DNA of 64,000 nucleotides, taken from the NCBI GenBank assembly GCA_044070495.1, contig JBIPSI010000010.1, forward strand, positions 100,480 to 164,479, read 5' to 3'. This stretch comes from Spirulina sp. (lineage in GTDB: Bacteria > Cyanobacteriota > Cyanobacteriia > Phormidesmidales > Phormidesmidaceae). This document shows, one piece after another, positions 40,930-50,472 of this stretch (positions within the stretch are counted from its first letter, which is position 1; every line of letters begins with the position of its first letter). The notes under the pieces are model-generated. The model saw only the letters and a program-made list of their open reading frames with translations, was not told the DNA's origin and did not search any database. Both the position numbers and the translations under genes were made by a program.

Positions 40930-42207
40930 TTATTTGAAAGCTGGAGAGGCCATCCAAAAACTAATCAGGAACCCGGCAATGGTGGAAAAGGTGACGGAAC
41001 CGCCCCCCATTTCGTAGGCTTCAGGCATCATGGTGCTGGCGACCATGGCGAGGATGGCACCGCCAGCGGTGGCCTGGGCTGCATCCACCATCCAGGGGCT
41101 GATGAAGCCCACCATCAGGCTCCCTAAAACCGCCATGAAGCCACTCAGGGCAACGGCACCAGCCCACAGAGCGAGAATTCGTTTAGAGGAGGTGCCTGCC
41201 TGCTTCATACCCACAGAACTGGACATGGCTTCGGGAATATTCGAGATAAAGACAGCGAGTAGAAACGACCCGCCCACATGGCCCATGCCCGCATTGAAGC
41301 CAATCACCAGGGCTTCAGGGATGTTATCGATCAGGGTGCCAATCAGGATAGCCAGGGGAGCCGAGCTTTGGGCCAGTTCTTTAAATTGCTGCTCGGAGAT
41401 GGGGATGTCTACCTCCACGCTATCGAGTACCCGCTGCCGCCAATGCTCATCCTCGGCGGGCTTAAGACGGGCGGTGGATTGGGTGGTTTCTCGCAGGCGG
41501 CGGGCTAAAATGCGGCTGAGGCCACTGGCAATTTGGGGAGAATGGGTGAGCATGGCATCAAAATCTACCTTGCCCAGCTCGTATAGTTCCATGGGGGTTT
41601 TGGCGATCACCGTGGCAGAACGTTCTTCGCCCGTCAGCAGGGCCATTTCCCCAAACATTTCCCCCGATCCCAACTCCGCCATGAGTTTGGAGCCTTTATA
41701 GATCTCGGCCTCGCCATCCACAATGAGAAACATGGCGTTACCTGGCGATCCCTCCTGGCACAGCACCGTCCCCGGTTCCACAAAGAGGGGCTTGAGGAGG
41801 GGAATAATGGCCTGCATTTCCGAGGGAGAGAGGCTGTGGAGCATTTCAATGTGCTCGATGCGGTCGAGCACTTCCGAGGCTTCTTCCTGACGGTGATGGT
41901 ACAGAAAACGACGGGAGGAGGAGGGATGGCGGATAAACCCCCCTTGGTTGTCGATGTAGTTCACAATCACCGTGAACAGGGTGCCGCCAAAGGCAAACCC
42001 CACCACCAAGGGCCAAAAGCCACTGCTTTGAAAAACCGGCAGGGTGATATCAAAGGCAATGGCGGAAATCAACGTGCCGCTGCCAAAGGCCATGATGGCC
42101 GCCGTGAAGGCCCGTCCGGGCTGCCACCCAATGCCAAGAACGGCCCCTACCAACAGGCTAGAGGCGGCAAGTAACCCCTGGGTTAGGGCAGTGATGGGAG
42201 CACTCAT
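40930..42207 (-). CDS. ZIP-family metal transporter with an inserted cyclic-nucleotide-binding domain
   Basis: MAFGSG, DNIPEA, SNIPEA and MMPEAY ZIP motifs; central FGEMALL...RSATV cNMP motif; start moved to MSAPIT. Confidence 0.85.
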   Translation of the reverse strand: MSAPITALTQGLLAASSLLVGAVLGIGWQPGRAFTAAIMAFGSGTLISAIAFDITLPVFQSSGFWPLVVGFAFGGTLFTVIVNYIDNQGGFIRHPSSSRRFLYHHRQEEASEVLDRIEHIEMLHSLSPSEMQAIIPLLKPLFVEPGTVLCQEGSPGNAMFLIVDGEAEIYKGSKLMAELGSGEMFGEMALLTGEERSATVIAKTPMELYELGKVDFDAMLTHSPQIASGLSRILARRLRETTQSTARLKPAEDEHWRQRVLDSVEVDIPISEQQFKELAQSSAPLAILIGTLIDNIPEALVIGFNAGMGHVGGSFLLAVFISNIPEAMSSSVGMKQAGTSSKRILALWAGAVALSGFMAVLGSLMVGFISPWMVDAAQATAGGAILAMVASTMMPEAYEMGGGSVTFSTIAGFLISFWMASPAFK

Positions 42208-42302
42208 TGGCGAGATTCGCAGGGTTGTATCAAGATTACTCCAGAACGTTACGATTCCTGGCAAACTAAAGCCTAGGAATTTTACTGGTTCTTTAACTTG
42301 CC

Positions 42303-42848
42303 ATGAATCGTTTCCCTCGGCGCTTGACCCGCCCTGCCTCCAGACCTTCCCCCCCCCAGCGCCGTTCAAGCCACGGTGCTGGGCTGATGTTGATCTGCGG
42401 GTTGGTGTATGGATTGGTGGGTTTTTGGGTGGTAGCGCTGCCTCCGGTGCCCTGGCTGTGGCCTGTGGTGCTGTTGGCCCTAGGGCTGCACATCTGGGAT
42501 CTTTCCCGATCCGCTAGATTAGCTTCCCCCCAGCGCTGGGCGTCTCGACTAGGATCAGCGACGATCCACCTGTTGGCGGCCCTAGGGTTAACGCTGCCCC
42601 TAGCCATTGCCCTAAACTACCTCGGCAGCGACCAACTGAACGACATCACGGTTGGTGGGGCGGCGGGAGAGGTGATTTTGTTCAGTGGAGGGGCGGTGGT
42701 GGTAGCCCTGATTTGCCGCTGGTTTACAGCCCAACTAGGCTATCAGCTCGCAAAACGCCTTTCCCTGCGCCAAATGCGGGGGGTCTTGGCCCTCGTTGGC
42801 CTGATTGGGTTGACCTTGGGCGGAGCGTTAGGCTTTCTACCGATCTAG
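42303..42848 (+). CDS. Hypothetical membrane protein
   Basis: About five hydrophobic segments; fills the gap between its neighbours. Confidence 0.65.
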   Translation: MNRFPRRLTRPASRPSPPQRRSSHGAGLMLICGLVYGLVGFWVVALPPVPWLWPVVLLALGLHIWDLSRSARLASPQRWASRLGSATIHLLAALGLTLPLAIALNYLGSDQLNDITVGGAAGEVILFSGGAVVVALICRWFTAQLGYQLAKRLSLRQMRGVLALVGLIGLTLGGALGFLPI

Positions 42849-42960
42849 CTTCTCGTGAATCTAAGCCAGCTAGATCGGCGTCGCATCTGCGCTGAAAGCG
42901 CCTTCGGTGGCCAAGGGCGCGGGAGGTTAAGCGTTCTATGAACGGTTAATCCGAGATGAA

Positions 42961-43752
42961 TTATCGGAAGCTGTCGGGGTTGAGGGTGCGCCCCCCGGTA
43001 GGCCTAGCATTGGCAGGGGCCGTCGAACCCGTCAGCCGTGCCCCAGTGCCGCCATCGGAGGGGGCGAGGAAGGGCCGTAGTTGAATGGCTCCGCCGGTAA
43101 CCGGGCTTGAGGTGCCCGATGGCAAGCCCAGAATATTGCCAATTTGGCCTAGCACATCACTGCTGCCGTTGCCCACAAAGGTATTGACGCCCTCCGTGGT
43201 TTGGCCTTGGTCGGCGCTGGCCAGGTTGCCAAACACTTGGTCGCGGGTGAGGGTGGGATCTTGCCCCGGCGGTACGGTAAACACAATGCGGCAACCGGGT
43301 ACCGATTCGGTGGTGACGCAGACGGTGTTGTAGCCGTTTTCAAGGCCGGTATCCAGGGTGAGCAGGCCATCGGGCCGGTAGGATTCTAGGCGGGCACTAA
43401 TGGCTTCGCAACGGCGCTGGGCGGGCCAAGCGGTGCCCATATCCTGGGGCACCGCCCAGGGATACATCTGCCCCGGTTGGTTGCTGGGAGCGTACATCAC
43501 CGTAGGACGGCCATTGTGCATTTGACAGGCAAAGTAGGAGGCGGTGGTTTCCTGAGGGGCAGGGGTTTCACCCTCCGCCGAGGGTTCCGTATCGGGGGTT
43601 TCTTCGCCGCTGGGGGTTTCGCTGGCTTCGGGGTCAGTGGAACCCTCGGTCTGAGCGGCGGAAGGGAGACTGAGGCCAGTAGCTAAGGTAAACAGGCTGA
43701 GGCTTGCACCGACGACGAGGCGTTTTGTCCAGGGGGGTGTGAGGATGGCCAT
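42961..43752 (-). CDS. COP23-domain secreted protein
   Basis: Signal peptide; FACQ...W...QRRCEAISARLE...NGYNTVC...C..VFTV. Confidence 0.85.
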   Translation of the reverse strand: MAILTPPWTKRLVVGASLSLFTLATGLSLPSAAQTEGSTDPEASETPSGEETPDTEPSAEGETPAPQETTASYFACQMHNGRPTVMYAPSNQPGQMYPWAVPQDMGTAWPAQRRCEAISARLESYRPDGLLTLDTGLENGYNTVCVTTESVPGCRIVFTVPPGQDPTLTRDQVFGNLASADQGQTTEGVNTFVGNGSSDVLGQIGNILGLPSGTSSPVTGGAIQLRPFLAPSDGGTGARLTGSTAPANARPTGGRTLNPDSFR

Positions 43753-43995
43753 GGGTTGACTCTCTGTGAAGGACTGATGACAGTACGGGGTGACGGCAAA
43801 TACATCCTTGTTTTAAAACACCCAGATTCATCTACCAAACGGTCATCTTGTTAGAGAACTTGACATGCCAACCCATCTGGCCCCTGCTCCCTGCCACCGT
43901 TAAACCTTCCCTGGGTGTTTCGTGCCCATCACCCAGGGAAGGCGCTGAAGTCGGTGGGGCTACCCAACCCCTAGTGAGTTACCCCCGCTTTGGCT

Positions 43996-44018
43996 GGGCG
44001 AGGGAACCTCGCCCCTAC
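43996..44018 (-). repeat. REP-like element GTAGGGGCGAGGTTCCCTCGCCC
   Basis: GTAG plus hairpin; related copy at 52404-52427. Confidence 0.7.
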
Positions 44019-44073
44019 CCACGGTTGGATAGGCTGGGCATCGGGGGTAGGGAGGTTGGGCGAGAACGTTGAC

Positions 44074-45309
44074 CTAGGCCCGAAACTTTTCGGTGACGCG
44101 GCGCATAGCTTCCACCACGTTCTCGCGGCTGTTGAAGGCGGAGATGCGGAAGTAGCCCTCCCCAGCGGCCCCAAAGCCAGAACCGGGGGTGCCCACCACG
44201 TTGCAGGTGTGCAGCAGCTTATCAAAGAAGTCCCAGCTCGAGAGGCCGTTGGGGGTCTTCACCCAGACGTAGGGCGCATTCACGCCGCCATAGACGCTGA
44301 TGCCTGCGGCGGTGAGCTGTTCGCGAATGATGCGAGCGTTTTCCATGTAGAAGTCAATCAGGGCCTTGGTTTGGGCTTGGCCTTCAGCAGAATAGACCGC
44401 CTCGGCCCCCCGCTGCACGATGTAGGAGACGCCGTTGAACTTGGTGGACTGGCGACGGTTCCACAGCCCATGCAGTTCCACCTCGCTGCCGTCGGCGGCT
44501 TTGCCCTTGAGGGACTTGGGCACTACGGTGAGGGCGCAGCGGGTGCCGGTGAAACCTGCGTTCTTAGAAAACGAACGAAACTCGATGGCGCATTCCCTAG
44601 CCCCTTCAATTTCGTAGATGGAGTGGGGAAGGGTGGGGTCGGTGATGAAGGCTTCGTAGGCGGCATCGAACAGGATGATGGAACCATGGGCGCGGGCGTA
44701 GTTGACCCAGGCTTGTAGGTGCTCCTTGGTGGCCACGGCCCCGGTGGGGTTGTTGGGGAAGCAGAGGTAAATTAGGTCTACCTTTTCGCTGGGGATGCTG
44801 GCCGTAAAGTTGTTTTCGGCGTTGATGGGCAGATAGACCAGCCCTTCGTATTCGCCGTTGTCTTTCACATCTCCGGTGTGGCCCGCCATCACGTTGGTAT
44901 CGACATAGACGGGGTAGACCGGATCGGTAACGGCGATGGAGTTGTTGTCGCCAAAGATATCGAGAATGTTGCCGCAGTCGCACTTAGAGCCATCGGAGAT
45001 GAAGATTTCCGAGGCATCAATATTGCAGCCGCGAGCTTGGAAGTCGTGCTGGGCAATTTTTTCCCGTAGCCAGCCATAGCCCTGTTCCGGCCCATAGCCC
45101 TTAAAGGAACCGCGATCTCCCATGTCCTGCACCGCCTGGATCATGGCGTTGCGGCAGGCTTCGGGCAGGGGTTCGGTAACGTCGCCAATGCCCAATTTGA
45201 TAATCGGCGCATCAGGATTCGCTTCCACGAAGGTGTTCACCCGACGGGCAATTTCTGGAAACAGGTAGCCCGCCTTGAGCTTTAGATAGTTGTCGTTAAT
45301 AGTGGCCAT
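44074..45309 (-). CDS. dapL: LL-diaminopimelate aminotransferase
   Basis: [46 protein letters not shown]. Confidence 0.98.
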   Translation of the reverse strand: MATINDNYLKLKAGYLFPEIARRVNTFVEANPDAPIIKLGIGDVTEPLPEACRNAMIQAVQDMGDRGSFKGYGPEQGYGWLREKIAQHDFQARGCNIDASEIFISDGSKCDCGNILDIFGDNNSIAVTDPVYPVYVDTNVMAGHTGDVKDNGEYEGLVYLPINAENNFTASIPSEKVDLIYLCFPNNPTGAVATKEHLQAWVNYARAHGSIILFDAAYEAFITDPTLPHSIYEIEGARECAIEFRSFSKNAGFTGTRCALTVVPKSLKGKAADGSEVELHGLWNRRQSTKFNGVSYIVQRGAEAVYSAEGQAQTKALIDFYMENARIIREQLTAAGISVYGGVNAPYVWVKTPNGLSSWDFFDKLLHTCNVVGTPGSGFGAAGEGYFRISAFNSRENVVEAMRRVTEKFRA

Positions 45310-45502
45310 GCTGGTTTGTGTCGCTTTGTTACTTAACCCAGATTACAGCCATTGCCGGGGAGTTTTGGGATCGAGTTGGTGGCCCAGGGCACCCAGGCCG
45401 CACAGACTCACGGCCTAGCCCTAGGGTTACCTGGAAGCCTAGGGCTGAGATTCGGGCGGCAACCTGGGAGGCCTAAGGAAGGCCCCGCCATTACTGAGGT
45501 GA

Positions 45503-46066
45503 CTACTGAAGCGACGCGGCCCCAAAGGTGCTATTGAAACGCCGACACCAAATTACAACCGATGGGTAGGCGTCTAAGTCAAGGTCGGCGGCAATGGCAT
45601 AGCGCTGGGCACCGCTAAAGGATTCCAGTTCTCCCAAGGAAACATAGGATCCCTCCTGTAGCGGGAAGGCGGGTGGTTCTGTGGAGCCAATTACATCTGC
45701 GGATTGATGCAGCACCACCACTAAATCTGGCCCCCTAGAGGTTTGAAAGGTTTCGTCGAGTTCTACAAAAAACTGGCCATCGCTATTAATAATTCGCGCC
45801 ATTCCAGCGGTATTCTTCTCCCCCGAGACAAAGGTTCCCGATTTAATCACGCCTGCCATGGTTTCGTTGGCCATGGCCGTTGCCTCTGAACTGGCCGCCG
45901 CTTCAGATTCGTTGGCTGCCTTGGCCCCCTCAGCGACAACATCTTCGGATGGGGGCATCGAGCTTTCAGGCATTGCGCTATCGTTGAGAGCCTCGGATTG
46001 GCCAGAGGCACAGGCCACCATGAGGGGAATGGAGAGGCTAAATAGCAGAAATCGCTTCAGTGGCAT
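45503..46066 (-). CDS. DM13-domain lipoprotein
   Basis: Lipobox (MVAC), GPDLVV, GAQRYAI, VVIWCRRFN. Confidence 0.88.
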   Translation of the reverse strand: MPLKRFLLFSLSIPLMVACASGQSEALNDSAMPESSMPPSEDVVAEGAKAANESEAAASSEATAMANETMAGVIKSGTFVSGEKNTAGMARIINSDGQFFVELDETFQTSRGPDLVVVLHQSADVIGSTEPPAFPLQEGSYVSLGELESFSGAQRYAIAADLDLDAYPSVVIWCRRFNSTFGAASLQ

Positions 46067-46188
46067 GGTGTCCTCAGGTAAGGGTTTGGGTCTGAAACCA
46101 CCATAAAAAACTTGGCTGAGACAACCCTGAGAAGGCCCGAAGATAATGCTGAATGGGTTGGTTTATTGCTTCGCAGCGGTGCCAGTCC

Positions 46189-46365
46189 GTAGGGTGCATT
46201 CGCGGCATCACAATCCTTCGCCCCTGCGGTACAAATCTCCTTGGCCGCAATGCACCATAATCCCATCCATCCCACGCCTTACTTATCACGAATTTCTTCT
46301 TTGTGGGGCTTTGGGGCATTGATTGACGAATTTCTTTTTGTAAGGGATCGGTGCATTGCGGCTAC
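46189..46365. repeat. REP-like inverted-repeat cluster (GGTGCATT..CGGC / GCCGCAATGCACC)
   Basis: Three related arms at about 46189, 46244 and 46350, bounded by GTAG...CTAC. Confidence 0.6.
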
Positions 46366-46411
46366 GAAGTTGTGCCCCAGGAGCAAAGGTGGGTGGTGCC
46401 GCGAATCCACC

Positions 46412-48448
46412 CTACAACCGATGGCCCCCGGTGGCGGCGAAGCGTTCTTGCACGAGGCGGTGAATGAACCGATACCGCCCCCCCACCCGCTGCAACAATA
46501 GGCGCTCGGTGCAGTAGTTGAGGAAACGGGCATAGTTCCAGGGGATACATGTTTCCTCATAAAGCATCAGACGAAGAATAAAATGCTTTATACAATCCAA
46601 TATCCCATACCAGGCCGAGATTAGGATCCCTATTGCCAAACCCAAATATAGGCCAATCAGCGAATAAGACATTTCTCTTGTCAAGGTCAATATGGGCAGC
46701 GAAAAAGATACACAAGCTGCAAAGATGATGGTCAGAGAATATTTATTCATTACCATGATACTTTGATTAGGCTCTTGTTTTACTGAAACTTCTTTCCTTA
46801 GAAATCCGGTTTTAACACCTAAAATTAAAACATGAAAAATCAAGATAAACAATGCTGCAAGTTTAGATTCAAAAAAGAATAGTAAGCCATAGGCGGCACC
46901 AAACAAAATCCCAAATGGCAAGCTTTCAAAAAAAAGATTCCAAGACCATTCAATTGAATCAAGGCAGTCTATTTTTCTGGGTGAGCCACCAATCAATCTT
47001 TCTGAATCTGAAAGCCATGACTTATTCAAAAAAACTTTAACTAAAGAGATTAAAGAGATATAATCTAGGAATCCAATGTATATTAAGAAAGGTACTATTA
47101 ATAGTATTATTAGTGAAAAGCCTGGGATGGGATGGTTGATGCCAAATCCAATATAGTCTTCATAAAATCTGTAATTCAGTTGATCGATCATGCTTTGCGT
47201 CAATAAAGCTGGAATTCCAAGTGTAGTCAAATAATGCACTACAGCATATTTTTTTAAATATTGTTGATTGATCTTTTCTTGGCCAAGAAGATGGGGCTGC
47301 ATTTTTTCAATCAAAAATTCATCCTCAGATTGGGCTTGTAATTGTTGGGCCAGCCAGGTTAGCCAGTGGCGGGTTTGTTGGGGGGTGGGTTGTTTTTGGG
47401 GTGGGTAGGTGCGGCTGGCAATGGGGGCGTGGAGTTGCCGCTGAATGTAGGCGTCGAGCAGATAATCGAGCCGTTCTTGGGGGGTGGTGAGGCATTGCCA
47501 TTGGGCGGGGTCGATGGCCTCGTTGGCCAAAATAGATACGCTCAACAGCAGGGGCGTGCGTACCAGTTCTAGAAAGTCTGGGTCTTGGCGGACGGTATCC
47601 CATAGGGGTTCCATGCCCAGGGCCGCAAAGTAGGTGGTCAGTTGGGCCTCGGTGAGGGGTTCTAGGCAAATGGCCCCATTCAGCGAAAGTTTGGTGGCGT
47701 AGAGTTCGTATTCTTCGCGGCGGCTGCACACCACCAATTGGCTGGCCCCTTCGCCCGATTGCAGCCAGTCGTTGATGCGTTGCACGGCGGGTTCTTGGCG
47801 TGGGGGCGGCAGTTCGTCTAGGCCATCCAGCAGGGGCAGCAGGATCTGGGCCTCTAGCCATTTTTCGCCCAGTTTGGGGGATACGCCATACTTCAACTTC
47901 AGTTCGCCCAGCAGCCAGTCTTTTAGGGTTTGTTTGTCGTCTTTCCAAGAGGACAGGTTAAACAACACCGGGATCGGCTGGCTGGGGTCGCCATTGGCCC
48001 GCTGCACCAAGGCCGCCGCTAGGTCTAGCAGGGTGGTGGTTTTGCCTGCGCCTGGGTTGCCCAAAATCAACAGTTTGCCGTTGATATCATCCCGGTCAAA
48101 CACTTCGGCAATGGGCGTCTCGGTGGGCAGGGGGCGGCTGGCTTGGTTGGCAATGCGAAGCTGGCTATCCCAGGGGCGGCCCACCTGATCCCGCTGTTCG
48201 GTCTTGCCCAGGGTGAGCAGTACGGCATTGTGCAGGGATTGATTCAGGCGATCCTGCACCTCGGCCCACACGGCTTTGATCAGGATGGTTTCGTTGCGGT
48301 CGTTGCGGTTGGGGGTGGGCTGCTTTTCGGGCAGGTGGTAATGGATATTGACCGTGCGGGATTGGTCAATGTGGTTATGGTCGCCAGAAACAACGGCTGA
48401 TCCGTCTGCGGATTGCTCAACCTTGATGTTGCGCTGGTCATCAGCCAC
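46412..48448 (-). CDS. NACHT-domain (NLR-like) protein with an N-terminal amyloid-like motif and a C-terminal multi-TM region
   Basis: Walker A GNPGAGKTT, Walker B LLDGLDE, TPLLL, C-terminal IPWNYARFL...YRFIH; GTG start at 48448 with GGAGG 8 nt upstream, overlapping the upstream stop. Confidence 0.92.
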   Translation of the reverse strand: MADDQRNIKVEQSADGSAVVSGDHNHIDQSRTVNIHYHLPEKQPTPNRNDRNETILIKAVWAEVQDRLNQSLHNAVLLTLGKTEQRDQVGRPWDSQLRIANQASRPLPTETPIAEVFDRDDINGKLLILGNPGAGKTTTLLDLAAALVQRANGDPSQPIPVLFNLSSWKDDKQTLKDWLLGELKLKYGVSPKLGEKWLEAQILLPLLDGLDELPPPRQEPAVQRINDWLQSGEGASQLVVCSRREEYELYATKLSLNGAICLEPLTEAQLTTYFAALGMEPLWDTVRQDPDFLELVRTPLLLSVSILANEAIDPAQWQCLTTPQERLDYLLDAYIQRQLHAPIASRTYPPQKQPTPQQTRHWLTWLAQQLQAQSEDEFLIEKMQPHLLGQEKINQQYLKKYAVVHYLTTLGIPALLTQSMIDQLNYRFYEDYIGFGINHPIPGFSLIILLIVPFLIYIGFLDYISLISLVKVFLNKSWLSDSERLIGGSPRKIDCLDSIEWSWNLFFESLPFGILFGAAYGLLFFFESKLAALFILIFHVLILGVKTGFLRKEVSVKQEPNQSIMVMNKYSLTIIFAACVSFSLPILTLTREMSYSLIGLYLGLAIGILISAWYGILDCIKHFILRLMLYEETCIPWNYARFLNYCTERLLLQRVGGRYRFIHRLVQERFAATGGHRL

Positions 48449-49481
48449 GACCGTCCCCTCCGTCCCTGTGGATGTTAATGGTGTAGGACTGGTTAATTTG
48501 GTTGCCGTCCCCTGAAACCACAGCGGAACCGTCCGCAGAATTCCCAATGCTAACGTTGCGGCTTCCGGCCCCCGTTTGCCCTGGCTGAGCTTGAGGATAG
48601 AGGACGTTGCCGAGGGAGGTTCGCAAAGCTGCCAACCCTGGGCCGATGGGGCTTTCTAGCCAGTCCAGCAGTTCCGGTACCCGCTGGCCTTGGGGGGCAG
48701 AACTGGGGGAAATGTTGCCCTTGGGTGGGTTGAGGTCAAACACGACCATTTCAAACTGTGGCCCTGGCAGGCTGAGTAAAAACTGGTAGAGCTGGGTGCG
48801 GTTTTGGGGAATAGCCCTCACCCCCGACCCCTCGGCCCTCACCCCCGGCCCCTCTCCCACGGGGAGAGGGGAGGTAGAGGTAGGGGGGGAGGCAGGCGTG
48901 GGGGGCTGGATTTTGTTGAGGAGGGTGGGGATTTCGGCGGCGGGTTGGCCGGAACGGGCGATGGCGTTGCAGGCCAGCTTAAAGGCAAAGGGGACGCTGC
49001 GGCCTGCGCCGAGGGCATCATAAAAGCCAACGGCAAATTCGATGGCGGCTTTGTCCTTAACGGCCTGGGTCATGCCGATGACGTAGGGCACATAGTCGGC
49101 GATGGCGTTGGCCTGCACTTGGCTGTAGCAGCCGTTGAGCACCACGCAGGTCAGCGGTTCTGGAAATTCCGTGGGGTCGGCAAATAGGGCAAACAGGTCG
49201 GCTAGGGCCTTGCCGTCAATCAGTTTGGCTTGGCCGATCTCATCCTCAAAGGCCAGCCCCGATTCTCCATCGCCATGGCCCGAAAAGTGGACGATCTGGG
49301 GCATTTCGTCCAGCATGGCTCGCTGAATATCGCGAGACCGTGCCGCTTCGTGAGAAATCAGCGTAAACTGATCCCGCTGTTGGGCGCGGCGTAGTCCTTC
49401 TTTGATGTCCCGCAGTTCCTCATCGAGGCGCAGGCGGGTGGTGTTTTTGGGGTTGGCGGCGAGGAAGAGAATTTTTGGCAT
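48441..49481 (-). CDS. CHAT (caspase-like) protease with an EAD-like helical domain and a C-terminal amyloid-like motif
   Basis: KILFLAANP, IVHFSGHG (His), VVLNGCYS (Cys), FAVGFYDAL; start moved to MPKILF. Confidence 0.92.
   Translation of the reverse strand: MPKILFLAANPKNTTRLRLDEELRDIKEGLRRAQQRDQFTLISHEAARSRDIQRAMLDEMPQIVHFSGHGDGESGLAFEDEIGQAKLIDGKALADLFALFADPTEFPEPLTCVVLNGCYSQVQANAIADYVPYVIGMTQAVKDKAAIEFAVGFYDALGAGRSVPFAFKLACNAIARSGQPAAEIPTLLNKIQPPTPASPPTSTSPLPVGEGPGVRAEGSGVRAIPQNRTQLYQFLLSLPGPQFEMVVFDLNPPKGNISPSSAPQGQRVPELLDWLESPIGPGLAALRTSLGNVLYPQAQPGQTGAGSRNVSIGNSADGSAVVSGDGNQINQSYTINIHRDGGDGRG
48815..48871. repeat. CCCTCACCCC-family repeat, copy D, in frame inside the CHAT gene
   Basis: CCCTCACCCCCG twice plus CCCCTCTCCC-ACG-GGGAGAGGGG; encodes SPLPVGEGPGVRAEGSGVR. 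Confidence 0.85.
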
Positions 49482-49807
49482 GGCGGCGATGGGCAGAGAC
49501 ACAGGGGTAGACCGCAGTTGATAGCCGACACGGACACAACCACAGGGCAACCAAATTACCGTCTAGTCTGCCCTAGATTTGGGGCGATGGCACCGACTAT
49601 CACCCCGCCAGGGAAAATGTGAGGAAAAATCTAGGAGAAACCCACCTTTGGACAATGGCGATGGCAGGCAAGTTTGTTCATAACGATGAGTGCTTGCGGG
49701 CCTAGGTAGGGGGGAGAATGGTTGGGCTAAGATCCCAGGGTTCTTTGGCGTTGTGGCGATAGATGATCGGTCACAGCGGGGTAGAACCCTGGGATCTATG
49801 CGGCTAA

Positions 49808-50461
49808 CTAGCCATCGGAACCATTGCCAGCCCAGGGGCGGCGCAGGTGCAGGGGGAGGTGGTTGCAGTCGTTAAAGCGGCGCACAAAGGGGCCGTACTC
49901 CTGGAGTTCCACAATCGAAAGGGACGTAACGGGCATGGCCAGCCGATCTCGGTAGCGGCCCACATCCACCCCCAGCAGGGTGCAGAGCATAATCCGCAGG
50001 GTGGCCTTGTGGGAGACGATCAGCACATTGCCGTCGGGGTAGGTTTCCTCGACCTCAGAGAGCACATCGGAGATGCGGCGGGCCACCTGGATACCCTTTT
50101 CGCCCTGGGTGGGGCTGTTCCAGGCGGGGTCGGCTAGCCAGCGAATGTAGTCGTCGTGGAAGGTGCGGTTGACCTCGGCGGGGGCCATGCCCTCCCACTT
50201 GCCAAAGCCCAATTCTCGTAGGCTCTCGCGGCATTCTACCTGCTGCCCCGTGGCCCGACAGAGGGGCTGAAGGGTGGCCATGGCGTGGTGCAGGGGGCTG
50301 CAAAAAATCGCCTTCCAATCCATCTGGTAATAGGCTTTGGCGAAGAAATCGGCCATCTGCTGCCCCCGTTCGGTGAGCTGCACCCGGTCGCGGCTACAGT
50401 AGCGTCCGGTGCGGCAGTATTCGGTTTCGGCGTTGCGGAGCAGATAGAGCCTCAAGGTCAT
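49808..50461 (-). CDS. Histidine phosphatase family protein lacking the catalytic His
   Basis: LYLLRNAET in place of RHGxT; SPL, LREL.FG.WEG and VSHKAT retained. Confidence 0.88.
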   Translation of the reverse strand: MTLRLYLLRNAETEYCRTGRYCSRDRVQLTERGQQMADFFAKAYYQMDWKAIFCSPLHHAMATLQPLCRATGQQVECRESLRELGFGKWEGMAPAEVNRTFHDDYIRWLADPAWNSPTQGEKGIQVARRISDVLSEVEETYPDGNVLIVSHKATLRIMLCTLLGVDVGRYRDRLAMPVTSLSIVELQEYGPFVRRFNDCNHLPLHLRRPWAGNGSDG

Positions 50462-50472
50462 GGTGGCCGTCC

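Noticed and set aside
42208..42369. N-terminal extension of the ZIP-cNMP ORF
   Set aside because: Overlaps the divergent gene and has no family features; ATG at 42207 preferred.
48449..48547. Longer NACHT N-terminus, or a single frameshifted CHAT-NACHT fusion
   Set aside because: A GGAGG site and GTG overlapping the CHAT stop fit two coupled genes, and there is no slippery run at the junction; read-level confirmation is still advisable.
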